Positions 23,573-35,667 of a stretch of DNA of 64,000 nt are shown here, in pieces (positions within the stretch are counted from its first letter, which is position 1; each line of letters starts with the position of its first letter). Source of the stretch: Rhodosorus marinus CCMP1338 (Eukaryota > Plantae > Rhodophyta); assembly GCA_029953675.1 (NCBI GenBank), contig JAMWBK010000001.1, positions 3,410,001 to 3,474,000 on the forward strand, written 5' to 3'. Under the pieces are notes generated by a model. That model searched no databases. It was not told where the DNA came from and saw only the letters and a list, made by a program, of their open reading frames with translations. The translations under genes were made by a program, and so were the position numbers.

Positions 23573-24823
23573 ATGTCATTGAGTGTGGGGTTTATAGTTA
23601 GAATAGTAGCGAGACCTAACCCAGTGACAGTTCGACCGATGTCTAGTCTTTGGCAGAAACAGACAGCAAGTTTGAATTTGGGCAGGGGCCATCCGAAGCT
23701 GAGCCTTCTCGACGTGGAAACGATCAGCGCGGCGGTTCAGGATATCGCCAAGGATGGATCAGAGGCGCCCTGGACGATGCAGTACGGGAGCGGGAGGGGC
23801 CCTACGCCTATGTTGGATGCGGCGACGATGTGGATGTCAGAATGGGGGAGGTCGAGGGACCTGAGCTCGGATCGAATTCTGGTGACAGCTGGTGCTTCAG
23901 CAGCGCTGAACATGATCTGTGCCATCTTCACCAAGCCCGGTGATGTGGTAGTCGTGGAAAAGCCGTCTTACTTCCTCGCATACGGGATTTTCAAAGAGCA
24001 CAATTTAAAGATCGTCGAGGTTGATACCGACGAGGATGGCATGGACCTGGACAAGTTTGAGGAGCTTCTTGAAGACGGGCTAAAACCCTCCCTAGTTTAC
24101 ACAGTTCCAATCTGTAGCAACCCAAAAGGAACGAGCATGAGCGCTGAGAGGGGAGCCAGGCTAGTTCACATGAGCAGACACTACGGTTTCAAAATCGCAT
24201 CCGATGAGGTCTACTTCCTTCTTCAGTTTGAGGACCCGAAGATGGAGAAATCTCTCGCCGAAGAAGACGATCCAACGAATCCAACCGTCCTGGCAATGCA
24301 CAGTATGAGCAAGACTCTCGGGCCAGGCGTAAGGGTCGGCTGGATAGATGCACATCCAACGCTTATAGACAAGCTTACGACGTTTGGACCGGTAGTCTCC
24401 GGAGGATGTCAGAGCCACTTCATGGCATCTGTCGTCGCGCAAATCCTACTTGAAGGAAGGAAGCCGTTGCTTGACAAGTTCCGAACTGCCTATCAAGCTG
24501 GAGCGGTGGCCCTGACAACCGCTCTGGATAAGTACCTCCCGAGTGTGCTCGGCGGTGCGAGCTTCAGATATTATAAGCCTCGGGGAGGGTATTTTGTATG
24601 GGTGGAACTGCCCAAGGAGATCAACACGAACGAGCTTGTGAAGCTCGCCGATGAGAAACACGGCGTGTTTTTCTACAAAGGATCTGCGTTTTGTGTGGAT
24701 GGGAAAACCTTCACCAGCTGCCTCAGGCTCTGCTTCGCGTTCTTAGAGCCTGACGAGATTGATCAGGGCGTCAAAAGATTGGCGAACGCGGTCGAGGATT
24801 ACTCCAGCCGCAATGTCTCGTGA
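23573..24823 (+). CDS. PLP-dependent aminotransferase class I/II (2-aminoadipate/aromatic aminotransferase-like), intronless, probable organellar presequence
   Basis: MQYGSGRG, ILVTAGASAAL, VVVEKPSY, VYTVPICSNPKG, IASDEVY, SMSKTLGPGVRVGW (PLP lysine), GGYFVWV, LRLCFAF. Start could also be the ATG at 23639. Confidence 0.9.
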   Translation: MSLSVGFIVRIVARPNPVTVRPMSSLWQKQTASLNLGRGHPKLSLLDVETISAAVQDIAKDGSEAPWTMQYGSGRGPTPMLDAATMWMSEWGRSRDLSSDRILVTAGASAALNMICAIFTKPGDVVVVEKPSYFLAYGIFKEHNLKIVEVDTDEDGMDLDKFEELLEDGLKPSLVYTVPICSNPKGTSMSAERGARLVHMSRHYGFKIASDEVYFLLQFEDPKMEKSLAEEDDPTNPTVLAMHSMSKTLGPGVRVGWIDAHPTLIDKLTTFGPVVSGGCQSHFMASVVAQILLEGRKPLLDKFRTAYQAGAVALTTALDKYLPSVLGGASFRYYKPRGGYFVWVELPKEINTNELVKLADEKHGVFFYKGSAFCVDGKTFTSCLRLCFAFLEPDEIDQGVKRLANAVEDYSSRNVS

Positions 24824-24912
24824 CCGTGAACGCTTTGCCCATCTCCGGCCCCGCCCTCCTCTCCTTCTCCTTCTTGGGATGTAAAGCAGTTCTTATCTCC
24901 ATCGCGCAGCTT

Positions 24913-25647
24913 TCATAGCAAATCTTCGAGGGGTACAGAGCCAAGCGTAGGTGTGGATTTTTCGATCTGAGCTACGTCCTCATCGGTCGTCTGCTGGTCG
25001 TCAACATCAGCGCTGTCTGAAATCAAATTTGTGGAGAAGTCGACCACTGTCGGCTTCTTTTTAATTTCTCTGGCTTCCGTTCCTCCACTGGACTTCTGCA
25101 GATCCGCAATTTTTCGTTTCTTTGCGTTCAAAACCTCACAGAATCGGACCAACATCCTCTCCTCCAGTTCATCCTTTGCCTGGGTGCAAGCTTCTAAAGC
25201 CTTTTCCAGCTTCTCACACTTTGATCTCAGTTCCTTCAAGTCGTCTTCCAACTTAACCCTTTTCGACCTCTCTAAGTTCACTTGTGAAACCAAGTGATCA
25301 CCGAAACCCACACCAAGCGACAGCGTTATCCTCGCCGCCACCACTGTCCCATTCCCAAACGGAACATCAAGGCAGACTTCACCCTCCTCATCAACACGGA
25401 GTGACCCTAAAGCCTTCTCAGAGAGCACATTTCTGAGCCTCTCAGCTGCTCCTCCGATCACCTTCGCACGCGTCTCGATATCCTCCTCACTCCCAACAAA
25501 ACGCCAGCTTCTTCCACTTCCATCCACCCCGAATACGCGAACAGACTTGTCCCCAGAAACGCTCACAGAAAGCATCCATCCGTCCTCACCTACCTTCCCA
25601 AACCAGGAGCTCGAAGACTTCCCCACGTCATTTGAGCTTTCAGCCAT
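24913..25647 (-). CDS. XRCC4: DNA repair protein XRCC4 (NHEJ), 244 aa
   Basis: Beta-sandwich-like head, then a coiled coil ending KDELEERMLVRFCEVLNAKKRKIADL (the XRCC4 ligase IV-binding signature LExxLYxxFxxVLNxKKxKI), then an acidic tail. Confidence 0.85.
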   Translation of the reverse strand: MAESSNDVGKSSSSWFGKVGEDGWMLSVSVSGDKSVRVFGVDGSGRSWRFVGSEEDIETRAKVIGGAAERLRNVLSEKALGSLRVDEEGEVCLDVPFGNGTVVAARITLSLGVGFGDHLVSQVNLERSKRVKLEDDLKELRSKCEKLEKALEACTQAKDELEERMLVRFCEVLNAKKRKIADLQKSSGGTEAREIKKKPTVVDFSTNLISDSADVDDQQTTDEDVAQIEKSTPTLGSVPLEDLL

Positions 25648-26769
25648 TCTGTCCTATCGGCCAAGTCCATTCGCCTCACAGCTCCCATCGAACAGTCAGC
25701 TCAATGAACAATCCTCCCGCTAAGCCGTAGGTCACATCTGATCTATCGAACAAGTGCAAGCAGTCCCCGCCCTCCCCGGAAGACAGCTCAATCTGATTTG
25801 CTCCAAGCATTGCCAATCGACGTCGTGCTCCTTCCCAAGCGTCTGCTCAACGCCCATCTCAGCCCACCCGAGCTGTGAACGTTGTGAACTCATCTGTAAA
25901 CGAACTACAGCGGTCCCTAGGACAGGTTCGCGGACGCGTAGCCGTCCACCAAAACCTCAACAGCCCGGAAAGGTTAACTCAACCGTCTTGTTCGTGGTCG
26001 TCAACAACGAGCTCCTGTTCGAAGGTCAAATCGACCCTTCAGCTCAACGAAAAGTTGCTCCGTAAACGTAAAGACCATCTTTTCGCCTGGATCGCTCTGG
26101 CGGAGAACGGGGTATCTCCGAACCTAAGACTTTGCAAAGTGGACAGGTTGGCATTGACGAACTCAAAAGCAGCCCATGTGCGAACCGGGTCTTGGACTGA
26201 GCAACTTGAGGCCTACAGAAACGCCGTGCTGTTAACCACATGAGGCCAACTACGTTTAGAGGGTTTCTGAAAATACGTCGGATTTACATGGAACGTGTCG
26301 AAGTCAAAACTTGCCTTACAGACTGGACACCACGGCTGACCTTCCACTAGATGTTTATGTCTTCAAACTTCAGCAACTTGAGCAAAACAAAAGCTGACAG
26401 TCTCTTGATCTGATACTGACACTAGTCCTGGTGGAAGCTCGTGCTAAGTTTGCGCTTCCAGTACTACTAACCTGCTGGAGGCGTCGGGACGGTGGCGTTC
26501 CTTCGATTGTTACAGGCGACCAGAACAAAAACGTTGTTCCCCCGTGCACTAGTGCTGGCGATGATTATCACGTGCACAGATCTCCTTCTCAGTGTCTGCT
26601 CAACGCGTCAAAAAAAATTTATGATATTGACGAGGAGACCTAAAACGACGTCGTGTGCTTCCAAAGCCTGTCTCACAAGGCCCGCACCGAACACAAAGAC
26701 GGCCATCGATACTGACGTACGCTAACTCTATTCCAATTCAATGACCTCGAGCCTCTGTCAACAACTCAC

Positions 26770-27345
26770 AGGGGAGGTTCCCAGAGGGCCGGGAACGGAA
26801 GACAGGCAGCACTAACATAACGATCGAACAATCACATCGATTCAATCGACGAACGCATCTCTTAGGAGCACTAGAACGGCCAGTCCAGCACCGAGAGCAC
26901 ACAGAAAGGTTCCCATCGGGTGGGGAAGGATGGGTTGGGGTGGAAGACAGACATTCACTACAGCACTAACAGAACGACCTAACAATCACATCCATTCAAA
27001 CGTTCACACCTCCCTTGACTGGCCATGCTGGTATGGCCAGTCGCGCGGCCCTTACAGGGCTCGCAGGGAGATTCCCAGGAAGGGGGGGGAGGAAGTATGA
27101 GTTGGGTGGAAAGCAGGCTTTCACCAACCCACTGAAACAAGCGGATCCAAGCAATCACATCCTGTCGAACAGTAGATACACCCCTTAGCATTAGCGGTGC
27201 GTTGAGTGTACCCTTAGAGCGTTCGAGCAGAGATTCCCAGAGAGGGGGAAGGGAAGGATGAGTTGTATGACAGCAGGCATTCACTGCCTGACTAACATAA
27301 GGGGATCCAAAACAATCACGTCCAGCGCTAAACGCCGCACACCTC
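26770..27345 (+). repeat. Degenerate tandem array, 4 copies of a ~155-170 bp unit
   Basis: Anchor CAATCAC(A/G)TC near 26829, 26983, 27151 and 27313; (G/A)TTCCCA anchor near 26777, 26909, 27071 and 27232, followed by purine-rich GGAAGGATG...GTTG motifs. Confidence 0.8.
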
Positions 27346-28371
27346 CCCCCTTTAGTGGCACGGGCACAGCCAGTCGAGTGTCCCCTTCTGCGCCATCCTA
27401 AGCACAAAGTCCATGCCAAACCAATCTCTTCTAAAAAACAAGACAAAAGCGCAGAGATTTATTAACAACTCGAAGAATTTACCAATATGGAACCCCTCTT
27501 ATAGATTAACCTCATTCACTTCAAAACAAGTCCATAAATTTATAAAAACAATATATATATATCTGTTTTTACTGCTTTGTCAACCCCCTCTTAACGACGT
27601 TGACCAACCTCCAGCAGTGAATTCGACCGAATCCCATCTCATATATTGTTTTATAAAAAATATTTAATAGAATCAGTTCCCCTGCTGTCCCGCAGACCAT
27701 TTTTTACTATTTCTATTGATATAAAACCGACCCGGCTCATAAATTGTTTTTTCTTTCTTTTCAACTACATTTCTGTATGGAGGGCAAAAAACTTATATAA
27801 TAGTACAATACAAAGTTTTCCCCTGTATTATGTTCATATTTAAGAAGATATTTTTCGCGGGGTGTTGTCCTTTGTAATTTTATTATCTTTTCGGGAATAT
27901 TGAAGTTAGCGGATATTAACGATACATATAACGTATTAAGTAATTTGTATTTGTTTAAGAAAATAAAATATAGCGTCTATTTGGTATAGGAATGATAATT
28001 AGGGTTTCTATTGGAATGTGTTTTTGGGGAATTTTTAGTTGGGATGAATGGATTGGGTGGAATTGGATGGAAAATGGTTGAGAATGCGTTTAGGAAAAAG
28101 GGGTTTGGGGGGGGGAGGGGGGAAGATTTGGTAATGATGATGATTGGAATGAGATGGAAGGGCGGGCTGTGTTAAATGGTATTGGATCTTCTGGGAGATC
28201 TGGAGGTGAGAGGATAAAAGGGTGGGATATAATGAAGGGAGATTATGTGAAACTGCTAGGACAAGGGGCAGTGTATTGGAGGTGTGTGGAAGTGAACTGA
28301 GGTTTTTTGGAAGAGAAGAGGGGTCTGTGAAGGTGTTCGAGAGAGGGAGTTAGAGAGAGAAGTGTTTCACG

Positions 28372-29104
28372 ATGTCAGATGGACGATACGAGAGAGTTAA
28401 CACCGAGGAGAATGATCCGGTGATAAGCAGCGTGAGGGGAAGTTATGCTGTTGCGCGTGTTGAGGAGGTGCCGTATGAAGCTCGAGCAGGGCGGCAGGAG
28501 GAGGTCCCTGAAAAGCAACCGGAGCGATTGGTCGTACTCGGGGTGGATGTTGAGCATGTGAAGGGTCAGGTACAGCGGCTTTTTAGCTGGATATCCGCCA
28601 GAGCGCGTCCGCTTGCTGAGTTTCTCAAATTTGAGAATCTGAGCGTGCCCAACCCGGTTGTTGCGGTTGAGAGGATCCGAATAAATCTCCAGAAGTTTTA
28701 CTACAACTACGTCGGTCTGTTCGTTGGTGGAGCAGCAGTATGCGTTCTGTACCATCCGTTCTCAACCGCGATTTTCGCGTTCGTCGCGTACCGGATATAT
28801 GGCAAGAAGAAGCGGCCAGGTAAGAACCCGGAAAGTGGATCGTGCATTCTCTTCAGCAACCTCAGAAACTATCAGGAGTCTAACAAGTAATAATGGTTTT
28901 CTCCTACCCCCAGTTGCCAGCGGTTACACAGTTCCAGTCATTATTGTTGGACTCATGACTGGATTCTTGGGTCATGTTCTCTCAGCGGTTGCTCTGTGCA
29001 GTGCAGCGAGCCTTACCCACGCAGCTCTGATGGTCCCGTCAGTCGAAGATATCCCCCCTCAACCGCAACCACAACGCGCCACCCCTGTGGAGCAGGTTGA
29101 CTAG
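28372..29104 (+). CDS. PRA1 (prenylated Rab acceptor) family protein, 2 exons, 212 aa
   Basis: join(28372..28819,28914..29104). ARPLAEFL, RIRINLQKFYYNYV, two hydrophobic hairpins and the ..LTHAAL motif typical of PRA1. Confidence 0.85.
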
Positions 29105-32100
29105 GAGAAACAAAACAACACCAGGATTCACGCTGGCCCCCTTGTAAAGTATGTGATTAGTTGGAGTGCAAGTTGCTGACTGAAGTGGAGGAGCGAAATG
29201 TATCCTCGTTGACTGCTGGCTCCGATGACGGATCTAATCGGTCTGCAATGTCAAGGAACATATTCGTCACACCTTGACCCTGTAAGAGTAGTGTCGACGA
29301 GCTGCTAGAGTACATCACAATCGAAAAAGGCGAGTGGGAACACTAGCATGCGCTTGTATTACGAGCCTAGAAAAAGCCGGTCAGCTTAGAGCTGAGCTTG
29401 AAGGAAGTTGAGAAATAAATTTCAGCGTTGAAGAAAACATCAAAGTGAGCGAATGCCAGAGTGGTAGACGGTCGCAACTCGCCGCAGCGTTGCGTTCTGA
29501 ACGCGGCACCGACGTGATGAAAGTGTCCGGCAGTCCACACTTTCCTTTCCTCCAGATCGTTGGCACGGCATAGGACATGCCTGATTGAGTAGAGCTAAGC
29601 ATTACCCTGGCGGTGAACACTCGGAATCAGCTACATGGACTCTTGTTCAGCAGGGTATTCCACTCCATCCTCTACGGCAGGGTCGGAGATGGCCTGCTTG
29701 TAGGATATCCGGGCAGCTCACCGGGAAGTGAAAGCCACTTCGTCAAAAGACGTGCTTTTGATCCAGCCTCAAGAGCAGTTAAGAAACACCTGCAACTAGG
29801 CTACGGAAAAGGAAACTAGAAAACAAGACAGAGCAACTGAGGGCGTCTTGCTAGCTGACAATCGGACTGGAAGGAAAGTACAACTATAGAAGGCAGTGGC
29901 ACCCGCCCAGCCCAAAAAGCAACGTCACGAGGCAACTCGAAAACCGCCTCCGTTCTAGTTTAATATTGAAATAAAAACCCATAAAAGATGGAATATACAT
30001 ACACGTGTTCTTATGCCAATCAAAATTAACTAGTACGTACTTAATTCGTTTTCACGGTGGAGGCTTTCTTTTATTTGTGAAATTAAATGGAAACCGGTCC
30101 GCTACAGAACGGGACGAATTTTGGTAGTTTGGCTTCAGGGTGACCATATGTTGTGATGTAGTTACTTTTCGTCTTCAACTTTTGGTTCGTGGCACTGTCT
30201 ACGTACCCACATCTGGGTCGACTCTATTGTCCTTGCACTCTTCCTTGTCGTTGTAAACGACCCAAAACACCTAAAGGCGGGCACCTCTTCCGCCACCTCC
30301 GCAACGAAGGGACAGTCGGGAGAGGGCGGAGGTTTGGCGAGCGAGTCGCTACCCACTTAGGGTTACTGCTGCTGAATTTTTTACTACTACATCCGTTGAG
30401 TGCCGTGAGTACAGCAAGGAAACTAGGATTCGAAGCACGCACAACCGTTATAAACCGGAGGTGCCCCAGCGGGGAAAACAAAGCTGACGATTGACCTCAC
30501 AGCTGGTTGCTCGTGGTGTTGCGAAGACGGTGCAATCGATAGTACTGTCTCCTGGGATAAATTGAGACTGGTATGGGCTGATTGCTATTTTGGACACTGG
30601 TGGGTGACGCTGTGAGTTAATCGTATTTTTGTGTGATGAACTACATCATGAACGAGGTGGACTGATTCCGATATTTGGACAAGCGGATATTTATCCTTGC
30701 ATCATGATGGAGTTGAATCAGACCGAGAGAGCAGCGGCTATGCCTCACCCTGCAAAGTAAAGGCGGCGCCGAACAGTGGCCGTCCATCTAGACAGCACGA
30801 GAAGAGGCAACCCTCTAGTACGGCTGTGAAAAGCTACAGGAAGCAAAAAACGCATAGCATACACTTCGACCAAAGAATAATCCAGGGACCCAATGTGCCA
30901 ATGCCTCCACCAGCCAGTTCTGGACGTGCAAACTGAATCTTAAGAGTTCTGGACAGGAAAAGAAGAGGGAAGAAGAAACATCGAGCCCTGAGGATAGAAA
31001 AAAGCTCAAAAATTCATACAGAGTATTCAGAAATACCACAAGAGACTTGCAACTCATCTTAAGCTGCCCCGGAGATGCCCCACTATCCACCCAATCCTTC
31101 CCATCTTATCCCCTTCAATGAAAACCTGATCGATGGAAACTTCACCGCTGACACCTACTCGACAGCACACGAATTCTTGAAAAACCAATAAAACAATTTT
31201 ACACGAATACCAGGGGTATTTTATTCTCATGCCATTTCAGACTGCCTTTTTTATTACAACAAAAACAAGAATATCGGCTCCACAATGAAAACCAATTAGG
31301 GGGAAAAAGTTGGAAGGAAAAATTATCCTTTCTTTTGATCGAGTATCTTGAAGTTGATTGATCAAACATGCTATGCTTTTTACCAGCCCCTTGGACTGAG
31401 TCCTCACATGTCATTTTATTTCATATAACAAAATAATAACGGAAATTATTCAACATACTTCACACCCCAAGACTAAATCAAAGGGTTGGATTGGATGGTT
31501 GCAAAAAAATGGAGAAAGATTTTCCGAAGGAGCAAAAACGAGGATTCCCCCCTCGCCCTTGGACCTTTAACGAAAAATGATCGATTGGGGGTAAAAATAA
31601 TTAAAAAGCCAAATATAATCCATTGGTCGGGATTAATCAGAAGGGGTAGCAACGGACGAACAAAAACATCTTGGACCATAATGATTGATATCTACTTGAA
31701 TATTTCTAAAATCTTCCCTCGACACCCATTCGCCAAAAAAGAGCGGGTGAATATTTCTTATCATTTTTTGTGGAAGAAAATCATGTCAAAAATACCGTTG
31801 ACGGATGACACTACCCATCATGAGGGGCCGCAAGGCGAAAAGGCGCGATTTGAAATGAATATATAGCTTCAACTGTCATCTCCATTAACAATCAATATTA
31901 TAGTGGAAGGTTATGAATTGTATAAAGAAAATGATTTTGATGGGTATAGATTGATTTATGTGGATGACACTTTGAAGTGGTTGTGAAGCGGAAAACGTAT
32001 AGGGAGTGGTTTGAGGACTATTTGCTGGGAAATCTGCCATGGGAAGGAGTTGGGAGAGGGAAGGGTTCGGGAGGGAAGGCAGTGGGAAAAAGGATTTGGA

Positions 32101-32181
32101 TCGGTAGTGTGAAGGAGGATCTGCTCGATCGCGTGGGTTTTTGTGTTTGGTTTTTTGGAAGTGTTTTGGGAGCATCAGACC

Positions 32182-32836
32182 ATGACGACTGAGTATCAGC
32201 CTCTGGGTGGAGACAAGGAGTCCGGGACGCCGAGCGGAACACCCAGTACTTTTCAGGAGATTACGGGCAAGTTGAAAACCGCGTGGGCCACTGCCAACGA
32301 TGAGAAAAGGCCATGGGGTGAGTTCTTTGCGTTTTCGCAAATGGCGGTTCCCACTTTGGGAGACGTGGAGACTTGGGGATGGAACAACTTGAAGGAATTC
32401 AAGGGCAACTTCTTCCTGATCTTCTATGTTGTCTGGTTGATCATGGTTGTGCTTAATCCGGTGGGTACACTGTTCATGTGCCTTTTCCTGTACCTGTCCC
32501 GGTATCTAGTCTCTTCTCCGGGTAAGTACTGCAAGCTTTCTTTTTCTCTGGCTGACTCGGTTAATTGCTCCGCCATGCTTGATTCGAGGGATCTAAAGTT
32601 TGTCTCTCTGGGTTCCACCAGATACCAGCGGCCTGCCGTTGTTCGCAAGCAAGGTCTTGATGGTGCTATGCGTCCTATACTTTTCCTCGAAAGCCATTCT
32701 TGCGGCAACTGTTATCAGCTTTTTAGTAGCCTTAAGGTTATTTTTTTTCAAGCCAGTCTCTGATTTCTAATCCTTGTAAGCCCTTGTGTTCCGTCGGATG
32801 CATGAATGTACATCCTTTTGCCAGCACATTCTGTAA
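32182..32836 (+). CDS. Second PRA1 family protein; 3' end uncertain
   Basis: KRPWGEFF...WNNLKEFKGNF...hydrophobic hairpin. Exon 1 is 32182..32521; exon 2 starts at 32622 (DTSGLPLFASKVLMVLCVLYFSSKAILAATVISFL). The last exon boundary was not resolved. Confidence 0.7.
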
Positions 32837-32888
32837 AACACTGTTTCTCCCATCTCAATCTGGTTTCAGGCGGTCGGATTGGTGTGAT

Positions 32889-33552
32889 TCAGGGCTTCTT
32901 GGATAGCTCAACGGGAAGCCCGTCAATGCAAACTGCCATAATGAAATCATTGTCCGTCAAGCCATCCAAAGCATGCGTCATAAGATCGATTTGAACGTAC
33001 TGGTAGCCTTTTTGTTTGCCGAAAAGTGCCATGCGCGTTTCGTGTGAGTCCATGGTCACGATTGGCGAGCTTTCCTCACATCCACACAAAGACTGCAGAA
33101 GCCAGAACAACAAGCCGCTTACCGGTTATATGAAGGTCGGGATGGTGTCCCTGTCCTTCTGCGACTTGACCAATTCGATTGATGTAATCCAAAGCAGATA
33201 CAAAGTTCTTCAGTTTCAGCTTCTTCGTGATGCTCTTGGAGTCGTCAGAAATTGACCATCCCTTTACGAGCTTCATTTTCTCTGTAGCCTCCTCACCACT
33301 GAGAGCCGCTACGCACCATGCACCAAGCAATCCCAAGAAGAAGGTAAGAATTTTCAACTGATGGCCAGACCAGTAAGACAAAAAAAACGTAGTTTGGGGT
33401 AACAGGAAAACCGGCCAAGAAAAGTTCCCATTGGAGACCCAGTTCCATTCATTGCGAGCTGTCCCCGGGATGATATTCATCCCAAACATCTCACCTCCAA
33501 TACCTTCACAAGGCACACACTTCGAGTCCTGATTAATCTCAGACATTTCCAT
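32889..33552 (-). CDS. PCD: Pterin-4-alpha-carbinolamine dehydratase (PCD/DCoH family), 3 exons, ~120 aa
   Basis: join(33552..33495,33308..33123,33007..32889). CVPCEG, GW, KNFVSALDYIN, AEGQGHHPDLH, LMTHALDGLTDNDFIMA. An upstream targeting exon is possible. Confidence 0.9.
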
Positions 33553-35667
33553 CTTGGCAGCGGCTGTCGTGAAATACCTACAAGCACTTTTTTTGCAACA
33601 GGCATCCCCCACAAACCCCGCCGCGTTCAACCCCGGCCACCCGGACCATAGCACACAAGAAAGCACTCAACGTCAGGAAGAAGGCCGACGCCTCAAAACG
33701 CGAGTCAAAGGCAAAAAGAAACGACAATGTTCTATCACCTGGTTGAGAACCCGCGACGAGCTAGGAGCCCAGTACGCAAAGCGACGAATGAAGTCATGGC
33801 TTCGACACAAAAACGGAGTTCCACCAAAGGCTCTTCAACAAGATAACATTCAAGCAGAGAACCAAAGCTATCCCCGAGACACTAGCTGCACTTCACGCCA
33901 AACTGGATTGGTAGTCTCTCCAACAGGCTTGTTAGACACTTATGTCAGCGGAAAAGATGAACGTGCTTTACTAATCATACCGGTGTACTCACACGTTCTG
34001 AGAACGCTTTCTCGGTGTCCATGTCTTGGCTGACGGTATCTCTTTCTATTGCAATGGAATGTGAGCCTGGAACCTAAGAGAGCGCATCAATCCAGTAGCA
34101 AGGATTGAGTTTGGAGGAGGGGCCGGGGGTGGGGCTCATTGAATTTCAGCTTGGTTTTGTTTTTGGTTCCAAGACGCCTCTGCCTTCATTAACATAGAAT
34201 ACATGCTACAGAAACACAAACCCGAGTGGGAAGAGACCATCTCCGCCCTCACAGACCCAAACAGACCTGGTGCTTTTTAAGCAAAAACAGCGGATGCGGG
34301 GAAGGGGGGAGGCGGCCGGGTGCTAACAACCCCCAGCTGGAAGAAAAAGGAAAAAAGGAAACGTCCGTCCTTCTTGGAAACCAAAAGAGCAAAGATTGCT
34401 TCTGGTTCAAGTCGTCAGAAATACAATTATCCACTCTACATCAATGCAAAAAGTCAATCCCATCGCCTGCCCCACTACGAAAACCCTTCCACCAATCCAT
34501 GGCATGGAATCGGATATCGCCTAATCAAAAAGAGTATCGTCAATCAATATATGGAATAAAACGACTAGCTTCAATCAGAAATAGAAAACGACCGTATTCA
34601 ATCAATTTGGTTTCAGGATGATTAGTCCCGGTTGCTGGAGTCGCCACTACGAAGGGATCACGAGGCTGTTTTACGAACTTGAGCACCCTTAAAGCCTTGG
34701 GCTTTACCGAGCGATCTGCTCCTTTTGCGCCCTCAGCCACCAGTTTTCAGTAGGCCGACGCAGGTGACCTCTCCGCCCGGAGCTGTCCGTGTGCGCAATA
34801 ATGCGGATCTCATATGCGCGGCAGGGTTACCGCTTCTGTTTGCTCTACTCCTAGACAGCTATCACCATCAACTTAAAACATGCTGTCCTTTGCCCCGGCG
34901 TTGGGACGCTGGTGACATGCTGTCTCGGTCTACTGTTTATCCACGACAGGATAATGTAGTTGCACTGCCTTTTGCGCCAACTAGTGGAGTTGATCGCGGA
35001 AATTCTTCTAATGGTTAAGACTCCCCTTCGTAAGCTACCGTGCCAAAAGATCTCTCCGGCAGTCCCAAATCCTGACGCAGGCTAAGGACAAACTAAGCGT
35101 CTGTTCAGACAACACCCTTGAGGCTAGGCGAAACAGGGGGAACGGGCTCTACTGCTAAGGCAAAAGTAGAATGCCACAAGCATAACACTCAGCGAAGAGA
35201 GGAAAACCCGAGTGATTCTCATCGCGATCGCGAAAACGGTCCCGAAGGCATACTGCGACTGGACTTTGAATGAACCGATCCCCAACTAACCCTGCCAATG
35301 TTCAACAGTCCGTGAGGCGAGGTTGCGGTCTGCTTTGACCCCGAAGAAATGCTTTGCTGCTGACTTCTATTGTATCTTCGTGAAGCTGCCTTGGAGTCAT
35401 GAGCGTGAGAGACAATCCTTCTGGAAGACTTGCTCCCCCTCTGACGCATAACGAGCGCAACCGGGAAAACCGACATCAGCTCTCACAGGCTTTGGGGTTC
35501 GGTTCGGTTCGGAGTAGACATGTTGCCGGCCACGAACTGACTTGGTTTCTATTGAGGACATCGAAAGGGACAGTCCAACAGCTAGAAACGGCAGTGTCAA
35601 GTACAAGCCGGTCCTAATCTTCCGTAGATGGACGCGTCTTGATGGGGGTTTCGCCTCTACCGCGTGG

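Noticed and set aside
25750-26700. Retroelement integrase or gene remnant upstream of XRCC4
   Set aside because: All frames are interrupted, and no convincing DDE, RT or zinc-finger motifs were found.
26770-27345. CRISPR-like array (also considered for 6686-7105)
   Set aside because: Units are long and degenerate along their whole length, there is no constant repeat with unique spacers, there are no cas genes, and the context is eukaryotic.
29150-31100. Minus-strand multi-exon gene between the PRA1 paralogs
   Set aside because: Candidate exons could not be joined into a single credible reading frame, and there was no family similarity.
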